Shown here piece after piece: positions 39,401 to 51,400 of a stretch of 64,000 nt of DNA. Source of the stretch: Nemertoderma westbladi (Eukaryota; Animalia; Xenacoelomorpha); contig JAUCBJ010001713.1 in the NCBI GenBank assembly GCA_032718475.1, forward strand, positions 7,891 through 71,890, read 5' to 3'. Position 1 is the stretch's first letter, and every line of letters starts with the position of its first letter. The translations under genes were made by a program, and so were the position numbers. A model generated the notes under the pieces. The model was not told the origin of the DNA. It saw only the letters and a program-made list of their open reading frames with translations, and did no database searches.

Positions 39401-42400
39401 GTTCACTCATAAACTGTCAACTTTTATCTTTCAACATGCAACTTTCTAATTTGAAAATGCACTACAGTAGTTCCATTTTCTAGCATACTTGAAAGTTGAA
39501 AACTAGCAACTCTAGCATTGACAGCCAATCAGAGGTAAGAACTATTTATCAGCCTAGCCTCTATCTTGCAATAATATAATATGTATAGTTATCCAATATT
39601 TTCTTCTGAGCTTAAATTTAAATCTTGATTGTTTATGTGTGAATAGGGCGAGCGGGAAGTACTGTTTATGTGGTCGTTGAAATGACATGGTTTTTTTATT
39701 TTCACTAAAATTCTAACAATTCTACTCTTTATTCTTTGTACTAATTACAGTTCGTGCTCTACCAGTCTCAACTTGTTTTAAAGACGCAATTAGTGTATGG
39801 TCTAGTAACAGTAATCATGTGCGTGTATTTTCGTAATCAACTGTTGTACAGTACCTGTGTAATCAGTGTACCTGGCTTACGTACCGTAAGTGTACCTGGT
39901 TGTTCTTTCTCCGGTGTAATAATTACATTATATTTTAAATATTGTTACTGTGAAATAATAATAATAATGTGATTTTAATTCATTTAATTAATTAGGGCCT
40001 ACACAATTATTCTGAAATAAATCATCCCCCTAGTGATTGGCTGAAAGAGGACGCGACTTTAATGATTGGATAAAACTGTGCTGAATTGAATTTATCTACC
40101 CCGGCTAGTGATTGGATGATTTATTTTCAAACAGGGACTCTGGGTGTATTTGGATAAATCTTCCAATCGCTATTTCAGCCATTCGCTAGGGGGAGATAGT
40201 TTTCAGTTCAAAAGGTCCAAAAGAGTCGAAATGTGAGTCAGAGGGTCGGAGGACTAAAAACACTGCCAAACAATAAAAGGGAAAGGACAGAGAGCTTTCT
40301 CAGTAGACTAGGCCAAACAAAAACAAAAATGTTTGAGAATTTTCATATAAGTTAGTAGGACAATTGCCCCCGTGGACATTTGAACCCCCCCCCCCCCCCC
40401 CAAAGACTATTGCCCACCCCCCCCCCCCCATATCTTATTTATAGTATATAGTGTTAAACCTTGAAATCCTTTGAATGATTTCCTATGGTTTTATGATTAT
40501 TATATTATTAACCTTGATCTCCTTAACTTAAAAAAATCAAATTTTAATATTTATGTGTTTTTCAAAATAGCCACGATTTTTTGACTAGAACAATTTGATT
40601 GATCTTATGCTAGCTTTTTGATGACATAATTTAAAGGTTTCAGTGCTTTAACAATATTTCTCAAACAATATTTTATTGTAATGAATTACTTCAGTTGGAA
40701 AATATCGGAATTATTGAGCCCATAAATAAGCACGCAAGGATTATTTCAAATATAAAACGGACTTAGCTGTATAAAATTATTTCTTTGAATGTTGTTAACA
40801 AGTTAGGAACGAACTTGACCAACTTGCTAGTTAGAAACCACCTTATTATTTTGAGGGTTTTCCTCGGGGGGAATTAATGTTTGGTGTGTTTAAGTGTTAT
40901 TTGGGGACAATAGTCTGGGGGCCTGGAACCTGGTCCTTTCATATGGCAGTTGGGAAATCTAATGCCCCATGGTTTTATTTTACCTTTAGGCAAGGGATTA
41001 CGAACAAACTACAAAGTCTGACGTCGTACTTCTAGTGTTGCCCGTTCCCGTCCACCCGTAACTATACTCCTCAGGGGGAAGTTGTCTCATTTAAAGGATC
41101 ATTCATCTCTGGATCCAGAGATTCGAGGTAAGTGTTTTAAACCTCTACTTCAAGGCGGGACATGCAATACCTATGGCTGAGTACTGTAATAAAAAGTTCA
41201 CTTTTTGAGACATGTTTAATTCAAATATATATTATATAATAGTAACAAATTGCATTATTAGATGGCAGATATATTACAGATTTACAATTTAATTAACACA
41301 CCTTGCTAACTAAAAATACTAGACAATTACTATAACAATGATTAATATAATCAACTCTAACGATTATTGTAACGTAAATATCATTTCGCAAACAGTGAAT
41401 GTAAATTAAAATAAATCATGATATTTTAATTAATTCCATAGTTTGGTGTGCATACAATGTGTACAATATAACAATTTATTGAGTGCACCGTGATTGGTTA
41501 ACTATCACTAAACTCAGCTCAGCTTATCCAGAGAGGTTTGTGAGGACGAAAATAATTAGTGAACATGAAGATAGGTGGATCTGAAAAGTAAAATTCCTTC
41601 CAACAATTTGTACTTTTTTTCTCCAAAATTCTAACATAACGACGATATCCCATTTTCAGAGTATTCTTAGATGTCACTACCATAGTTAATAACGTAGGCC
41701 ATTTAAACATGCTCCACACTCCAACTCAATTATGAATAAATACATATAGTATATAATGACTGGTACAACATATTTTGCACAATGTAAGGTAAATAAATGT
41801 TTACAGTATAAATTGTAATTGTATACGTACTACGTACCATGTATATAAAATGAAATGGCAAACGACTGAATACATTGTATATATATTATGTACACGCAAA
41901 AGGGCCAATGGCTAAGAGATTAACAACAAAATGACTAAAGAACAGAGATAGAAACAAAACACTTTTAAATTTCAATATAAAAGCAAAAATAATGATGGTA
42001 TTGAATAAATCGTAAAAAATAGGTATACATCTAGGCGACCTAACGCATTCAATCAGACAATATAATATTCGCTCTTTAAGTTTCACTAGAAACATAAATT
42101 ATGATGAATTAATTAATTATATTATATATATAACCTACAAAAAATAAGATTAAATTTAAATATATATAATATGTATTAGGGTTCCCCTTAAAAAAATCAA
42201 ATTTTAAATACCAAACCCCTTAAACACAAACTGGTTTTGATTTTTAAAACAAAAATTTGATGTTTTAAAAAACTAGCTTTATTTTACTTTGAGAAACATT
42301 GATTTTTAGCGGTCGATCAAATCTTTACAACAAATTAAACCAAAGCGACCCTTGGTAACCTCGAAATATCAATATTTGAACAATTATCATCAAATGGAAT

Positions 42401-45400
42401 CTCAATTTAAGGTTAAATAAGGGTTAAAATTCGCGGAAATGTTTTAAGACGAAATCTCGAGACTTCATAGACCTAGTTAACAGTAAAATATAAAGACAGT
42501 GGTTGAGTTGTGTGGTTAACTGAGGATGGAAGTGTCAGGGGACAGTGGTTGAGTTGTATGGTTAACTGAAATTGGAAGCGTCAGGGGACAGTGGTTGAGT
42601 TATGTGGTTAACCGAGGAAGGAAGTGTCAGGGGACAGTGGTTGAGTTGTGTGGTTAACTGAGGAAGGAAGTGTGGGGGGACAGTGGTTGAGTTGTGTGGT
42701 TAACTGAGGAAGGAAGTGTCAGGGGACAGTGGTTGAGTTGTGTGGTTAACTGAAGATGGAAGTGTCAGGGGACAGTGGTTGAGTTGTGTGGTTAACTGAG
42801 GAAGGAAGTGTCAGGGGACAGTGGTTGAGTTGTGTGGTTAACTGAGGATGGAAGTGTCAGGGGACAGTGTTTGAGTTGTGTGGTTAACTGAGAATGGAAG
42901 TGTCAGGGGACAGTGGTTGAGTTGTGTGGTTAACTGAGGAAGGAAGTGTCAGGGGACAGTGGTTGAGTTGTGTGGTTAACTGAAGATGGAAGTGTCAGGG
43001 GACAGTGGTTGAGTTGTGTGGTTAACTGAGGAAGGAAGTGTCAGGGGACAGTGGTTGAGTTGTGTGGTTAACTGAGGAAGGAAGTGTCAGGGGACAGTGG
43101 TTGAGTTGTGTGGTTAACTGAAGATGGAAGTGTCAGGGGACAGTGGTTGAGTTGTGTGGTTAACTGAGGAAGGAAGTGTCAGGGGACAGTGGTTGAGTTG
43201 TGTGGTTAACTGAGGATGGAAGTGTCAGGGGACAGTGTTTGAGTTGTGTGGTTAACTGAGGATGGAAGTGTCAGGGGACAGTGGTTGAGTTGTGTGGTTA
43301 ACTGAGGATGGAAGTGTCAGGGGACAGTGGTTGAGTTGTGTGGTTAACTCAGGAAGGAAGTGTCAGGGGACAGTAGTTGAGTTGTGTGGTTAACTGAGGA
43401 TGGAAGTGTCAGGGGACAGTGGTTGTGTTGTGTGGTTAACTGAGGATGGAAGTGTCAGGGGACAGTGGTTGTGCTGTGTGGTTAACTGAGGATGGAAGTG
43501 TCAAGGGACAGTGGTTGAGTTGTGTGGTTAACTGGGGATGGAAGTGTGGGGGGACAGTGGTTGAGTTGTGTGGTTAACTGAGGATGGAAGTGTCAGGGGA
43601 CAGTGTTTGAGTTGTGTTGTTAACTGGGGATGGAAGTGTCAGGGGACAGCGATTGAGTTGTGTGGTTAACTGAGGATGGAAGTGTCAGGGGACAGTGGTT
43701 GAGTTGTGTGGTTAACTGAGGATGGAAGTGTCAGGGGACAGTGGTTGAGTTGTGTGGTTAACTGAGGATGGAAGTGTCAGGGGACAGTGGTTGAGTTGTG
43801 TGGTTAACCCAGGAATGAAGTGTCAGGGGACAGTGGTTGAGTTGTGTGGTTAACTGAGGATGGAAGTGTCAGGGGACAGTGATTGAGTTGTGTGGTTAAC
43901 TGAGGAAGGAAGTGTTAGGGGACAGGGGTTGAGTTGTGTGGTTAACTCAGGAAGGAAGTGTCAGGTGACAGTGGTTGAGTTGTGTGGTTAACTCAGGAAG
44001 GAAGTGTCGGGGGACAGTGGTTGAGTTGTGTGGTTAACAGAGGATGGAAGTGTCAGGGGACAGTGATTGAGTTGTGTGGTTAACTGAGGAAGGAAGTGTT
44101 AGGGGACAGTGGTTGAGTTGTGTGGTTAACTGAGGAAGGAAGTGTTAGGGGACAGTGGTTGAGTTGTGTGGTTAACTCAGGAAGGAAGTGTCGGGGGACA
44201 GTGGTTGAGTTGTGTGGTTAACTGAGGATGGAAGTGTCAGGGGACAGTGATTGAGTTGTGTGGTTAACTGAGGAAGGAAGTGTTAGGGGACAGTGGTTGA
44301 GTTGTGTGGTTAACTCAGGAAGGAAGTGTCAGGTGACAGTGGTTGAGTTGTGTGGTTAACTGAGGGTGGAAGTGTCAGGGGACAGTGATTGAGTTGTGTG
44401 GTCGCGGTCGATATATACTGTACTGAAGAGGCTTAACAGGTCGAAACGGTACCGAATACGGGTACCGTTGATTCAACCTCCAATGAGTCCTTCCACCTAA
44501 ATTTTCCACTTCTGAACAAAATTAATATTCATAATATATAATTATTATATATAGCATATGCGAAGTAGAAATACAAACACTACAGCAATAATTGCACAAA
44601 TTACATAACATACAATATAAAACAAATCAAAACATGTGATTATCAAAGTTACATCCCAAATATTATACAAGCAAAGTTGAACTTCGCAGTTGAGATATAA
44701 ATCGTAATAATAGAAAAAGTTTATACAAGTCGTGCATAAGTTAAAAAATGCTCCTGAAGTTATATTAGAGACTTGTCTAGTGTTCAGCTATACCATACAG
44801 TTAGTTGTTAAAGGTTTACTGAAGTACCGTGCGGGTAGATAGTAGTGTTGAGAACTGTAACTGTAATTATACTGTAACTGCAACTGTAACTGAATGGTTT
44901 TGATGATTTTTTTGATACTGTAACTATAACTGTAACTGTAATTGCGAATTTTGAATACTGTAACTGTAACTGAAACTGTAATTACGAATTTTGAATACTG
45001 TAACTGTAACTGAAACTGAAATTAACAAAATCCGATTCAGTTCTCAATCACACAATTAACATGAATGAGCATTTAAAACAGTATTGTAATAAAGTATAGA
45101 GTATAGTTTAATAAATGAATAACAGTGGTTACCATAGGTATCATTTTTAAAACATTGTTATAAAAAAACAATCTAATTTTTTCCACTTCTGAACAAAACC
45201 ATAATATTACACAATATAAAATCAAAGACCCATTGCCCACTTAGCTCAAATGTGATTTATTTGGCGAGTCAAGTAGTGAACGAAGATCTACAGTAGCATA
45301 TAGTCTATGTTTATCTGTCTCAACTATTAGACTATTATCAGCCTTATCACCACTTTTGCTTCATATTAAATGTAAATGTTTTAGATAAACAAAGAAAAGT

Positions 45401-48400
45401 TAGGCCTAGTAGAGGGATATTAACGGATATATATTTTAAATTATTAATTATTAATGTTACCGGTACTATTAATATCACAATCACACTAGAGGCACAATGG
45501 AAATTAAATTTTGATCAAGTTTACCATTATAAATTACAAAATTAAACTTAAAAGTGAAAGGAGCAGCTTATCGAGGTGGGTCTAACCAAAACAATAAATA
45601 TATGATTACTAAAACAAATTACGAATTAAGGAAAATGAGCAGGATTCAGAAGCATGGCTTTATAACCAAAACAATAAATGATAACAGTACTGTACAAGCA
45701 CTGAAACAACATGTACAGTAAAATGTGGGTGCCTTAGTGTGATCTTGTGACGTGCCACTTTCATTACATACTATCAGTATATTAGTTACAAAATATTACC
45801 ATAGAGTGGGTCCAACTTTCCTACAACAACTACCTATTAGCTCTAGAAAGAGGACGTTTCGTAATGAACATTATTATTAGCGTATATAATAGTAATATAT
45901 TAAAGTGCCTCATTTTTAGTTTCAGATGACTGCTTACTACATGAGATCATATATATTGAATCTATAACTGAAACTGTAACTGAAACTGAAATGCTCAATT
46001 TTGCAATACTGAAACTGTAACTGTAACAGAAATGTTGCACTTTGTAATACTGAAACTGTAACTGTAACTGAAATGCAAAACTTTGAATACTGAAACTGTA
46101 ACTGTAACTGAAATGCAAAACTTTGAATACTGAAACTGTAACTGTAACTGAAATTAGTCAAAATTGATTCAGTTCTCAACACTAGTAGATAGATAAAACG
46201 CCCTGTAGATAATAAAGTCATCCAGTTAGATGCCCAACATTATCAGCATTAAACTGGATCCGGACAACACCTTGATTCGTGTTTTAGTTTTATTGTCGAT
46301 ATACATGCTGAGGACATCGCCTTTCAGTAGTTGGAGAACCCCATTTAAATTAATCGTAAACACGGCGCTGTTGGTCGAAACTCCAGCTATATTTTGCAGC
46401 GATGCCGTGTTTTCCCCTTCGCAACTCGAATTAACACACATTACCACGCGGACGTGATCCCTCGCTTTGTAATGCGACGCGTTTCTCTTGCGCACGTGAA
46501 TCAACGCCGTTATCTGGTAGAAGGCGGTGCGCGGCGATGTAAATCTACCCGATTCCAAGTCCATAGAGGTACCCCGAAGGAAGGTGCCTCCGCCCAGACT
46601 CATCTGGTAGTTACGCACTTCCATAACGGACTTGCGATCAACGATCCTCGAGTTGTGCAACTGAACGTGAAATCCAGTGGATATTCTATGCGGCATAGAA
46701 TCTTCCCAAACAAATAGTTGTGGACTGGAGTGCATCACCTCCAAGTCGCAGGTGGGACAATGCTCATTAAGTAAATGAGTGGCTCTTCGTTCTGCGGCGT
46801 CAGCCACTATCTCTTTAAACTGTTTCAACATATCATCAACGGTAACGGCACCACCTTTGGGTCCCGGGGGCCCAGCGGGGCCTTGTGGTCCAACCGGACC
46901 CGGAACGTGCAGAGTATTCCGACCCCCACCACGTCCTCCCCCTTTAGACTTCTTCCTGCCTTGTTTACCGCCATTCCTACGACGGCTATTTCCATTCCTC
47001 GTCGTCGCATCATGCCGAACGAAGGTAAACCAACTGCTCTCTGGGTCTAAATTCTCATCGGTCCCCTGGAAATCGGCGGCAACATTTGTTTCGTGGTCAT
47101 TTCTCAAAATAGCATTATTGACCTTATCCGCCACACTCAGAATGTGTTCTTCATGGCTGCTATCCGAAATCTCTACGCTCCTTGGGCTATCCACATCAGG
47201 GGTTGGACCACTCACACACGTAAACACCAACAATAATAAGAATACTGCTCTTTTTTGGATTAAACCAGAGATGGGAAAGACAAACCCTCCACCAATAATA
47301 GAAATATGTAAAACTATGAAAGCACTCATTTTTGCAACATATTAAATGATTTCGCTTAAATTAATCTAAATTACCGGTACCGGTCGGTAGTATAAAATTT
47401 GAAATATCCGGTGTAACAGAGAATTTTCACTCCCGATGCAATACACAAAAGCGCCCCCCAGCAACCGGTTAAAATTACCTAGCAGCCTAGTGCATTCTCT
47501 CTCCAGGGGTGTTTTTTCCCTAAGTGTATTTTTAACCTCCTCCGACAGGGCTGGCAAAGTACACCAAGCAGGTTTTTGTAAACCTAGGTTTTTGTTGATT
47601 TTTTTCAAAAACCTAAAATTTGAAAAAGCCTAAAACTAGGTTTTTGACCACAAAAAAGAGCCAAATTGCTTGTTTTTTGAAAATTTCTGATGACAAAAAT
47701 ATTTTGGTTCCATGCATGAAACCCACAGACTAAAGAATTTTCAGTCTTTAACTAAGCCGACAATAAAACCTCACTGCTGGCAGCTGGACTGACTAATATT
47801 ACACTATCCCTTTTTATAACAAAAATCAAGTTGATTATTTTAATATATTGTAGGCTTACAGGTATCTACTGATCTACCAGTCTGCCACTACCAGTGCTGT
47901 ATAAAATATAATCTTGAACAAATGCGGCACCATATAGGCCTAATTTATCTAACCATAACGAATGAACTGATGAACCAATCAAGCTCAGGCAGTAAGTGAG
48001 TAAGGTGAATCTAATCAATCAATATTACAAATCAAGGCTCTTTCCGGTTTCAGGGGCACTGAATTTTTAACAACTGCAGTATTACTGTCAACTGTTATTT
48101 ATTGTACCGGTTCAGCAGTATTGGTGTACACAGTACAGGTGTATAAACACAACCTGGCGCTGGCACCTGGCAACAGCTTCCATCAGTACATTAGATGTAG
48201 TCTCAGTCTCTCAGACCGCAGACCACACACTGACAGACTCAGTTGGCTGCAGTACCTGTAGCTGTAATAACTACTGCGGGAATTGTTACTTTGGGGACCG
48301 TCTGACCGTCCCTTAAAACACTTATCTGCTTGCTTATATATATATTTATATATAGGCTATACGGTACCGCTTGTATTTTATGAAACGCTTTTTACAATTT

Positions 48401-51400
48401 TTTTCATTACAGCATTACCGGTAACCTTTTTTCTACCGACTGTCTGACCATATGGTTTCCCTCAATTAGTAAAGTGATTGTTTATTGTTTTGTTTAGAAA
48501 AGCCCGCATCTGTAACCTGCTCCTTTCCCTCAATTGGTACAGTCATCTCGCCGCAGATAATGTGCGGCGAGGTGTCTCACTATAAATGCCATTTCGCCGC
48601 AAATTATCGGACACCTCGCCGCAAGTCAATATTAATCATTTATTTCTATATTTACAGGGAAGCCTACTAAGCCTAGTTATGGCATTGGACATTATTATAA
48701 GAAGAAATAAAATAATACGGTAAGGTTTGTTGTTCTATTATAATTACTGTATTACATTATATTACATGTTATTATAGATACAGTAAGAGTATTTGAGTAC
48801 CGGTAACGTATTAGATTATAGTAAAATACGGTCATAAAGATTCATAGAGGACTATGAATGACATATAATGAGTATTCTGACATAGAGGTCAGATCAGAAT
48901 ACGGTCATTGAAGTTGTTTCCATGTCATTGATTACGGTACTTTGCAGCGTTTCACCAGAACGCTGTTAAGTTGACATAATGTCAAATGTAACAATAACTA
49001 TTTACGTACATGTACAATTGACTAAGTACGGAAACGGAAGTAAGGCAACATTATGTAATAAGGTTTATACAGTAATACTGTATGTCTATGTTAAATCTTA
49101 ATTACAAATGTAATGTTCTAGTGGATTGATATACTTATATTTGTTGTCAGTCACTTTTTTTGTTAAGAGCAAAATTATCGTCGAATTACATTTCAAATTA
49201 ATTTCCATGACATTAATAATAATAATCAATAATATTGCATTAAATATTATAATTTTTTTTTAATTTCTTACATTACCTATTTTATTTATTGGTGTGGAAT
49301 TAATATCGCACTACCAAATCAACAGGACAAATTTAAGAAATTCCAACAAATAATTATTTATTACATGGGAAAAAAGTAGAACTTTTTTTCACTATTCTCG
49401 AGGCATTTTTAATACGTTACTCAAATACCGGTCAGCCGGTACCGTACTCTTGTAAACTTTATCTATAATAATACAGTAATACAGTAATTATAATAGAACA
49501 ACAACTGAACAAACCTTACCGTCTGACCGTATTATTTTATTTCTTCTTATAATACATAATGTCCAATGCCATACTGCCAAAACTGGGTCCGACGAATTTG
49601 TACAAAAAAGTACAAAAAAATACAAAATAGTACAATACAGTACTGCAGTACAAAAGAGTACAATAAAGTGCAAAAATAGTACAAAAGAGTGCAAAAATAG
49701 TACAAACGAGTGAGAATCGCTCGCAAAACGTGTATCCAAGTGTAGTTAAAATCGTTTAGAGAAGCGCACATGATGTGCAAAATAAAACAAAGATTGTGGG
49801 GCGAGCCATGCATTGAGCGGGGGCTGATCTAGCTGTCTAGCAGTCAGAGAGTAGGCCCCTATTACAATACATCTTATGAGTTTTAATGCAGCCTTTTGTG
49901 TTAAAAAAACACAAAAAACGGTCCCAAGCCCGCAAAATTGCAGAGGGAGAACTCAATAAAGTTGCAGATAGTGGCATACATACAGACAGACAGACATACA
50001 TAGCCTACATAATGTACAGTCGCATACAGTCTAGAGTCGCATACGTATAGAGTATACGTAGTGTAGGCCTAGTTGGTAGTGTAGACTAAGGACTACACTG
50101 GTATACACGTTTTGTATGCGTTTCTCACTCGTGACTCGTTTGTACTCTTTTGTACTATTTTTGCACTCTTTTGTACTATTTTTGCACTTTATTGTACGGG
50201 TAATTCCATCCAAATTCGACCAATCGCGGTGGCATGGGGTCATCAATTTCGTTTATTTTTGGATATATGGTCGGAAATGGTACAAAATGACACCTGATGA
50301 AATATTTCTGATGATGGTGTATTGGTTTTCGAGATATTGCTGTTCAAAGTTTGCGATTTATTCGAACATATCCCCAATGAAACCTATAGAAAATCTTTCT
50401 GACTAGTGGGTGGAGTGTCATTTTATGTTTATTGTACACATAAATAGGTCTCATACACATTAAAACCATGAATAAATACCACCCACTTGTCAGACCAACT
50501 TTTCTATGTGGCCAAAGATTGGACTTTTCGACAAATTTTGTCTTTTTGAGGCTTGAATTAGAGTGGTCTGATTAGTGGGTAGCCCAAAACATTTAGTAAA
50601 TAGTTAGATATACCAAAGGGGGGTTCTGTGGTACAATTTTCATGTACCACCAGCAAGTCAGACTTCCATACCAACATCTGGAAAATTGAAACTTTCCAAA
50701 ATTGCCATACTTCGGAACATCACTGCAAGCGTCTGATAAAAGATGGGTGCTTGAAATGAATCATGAGTAGTAACATGGATAAGGGAAACATGCATGACAA
50801 GTTTCAGATCCCACCCATGCCTTCTTCAGTATATATTATTCAATTTAAAAGTTCAATTTTCAAAATTAATCGTCAGATTAAATACTTTAGAACCAAGGTC
50901 TGCTTATGAGGTTGCTCTCATAACCAGCACACATTAAGTATTTAAATGTTTTAGACACAATAAAGGCTGTTTTTTTCACCACCCACTTGTCAGATATTTT
51001 ATGTGTAACAAACAAAGGTAAATAATTTTAACATATTATTGACTAATTTCAATACCCAATGAGTTATATACCTCCTTCTGATACTATTAATTATTATATC
51101 ATAATAGAAAGAAAAGCTGTTTGAAATTCATCTATATAATTCCCCAATCCCAGCCAAGCAGCCAAGGGCAGCAGGGAATGGAACGTAATACAGTATTGTT
51201 CATTATGATGAGGCAAGTCAGTGATAATTAATATAGTTATTATGGTAGAAAAGATAATAGATCAATTATTGAGTATAGCAGTATTGTAGATTATGCAATT
51301 CCTTTATGAACAGTGATTGCAGACAGCTGCGTAAATCGACAATATTTATTGCACACATCGCACACCACCCAAATCTTATGATTTTTTTTGTATCACTGGC

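Noticed and set aside
41519-41719. ORF as an extra channel exon in the large intron
   Set aside because: No family similarity, and exons 6 and 7 already join in frame with nothing missing
42495-44402. 46-bp array as CRISPR or coding repeat
   Set aside because: No unique spacers and no ORF; an ordinary minisatellite
46230-47345. + strand ORFs overlapping the C1q gene (and similar antisense ORFs over the LINE RTs)
   Set aside because: Antisense shadows of real coding frames with no recognisable domains
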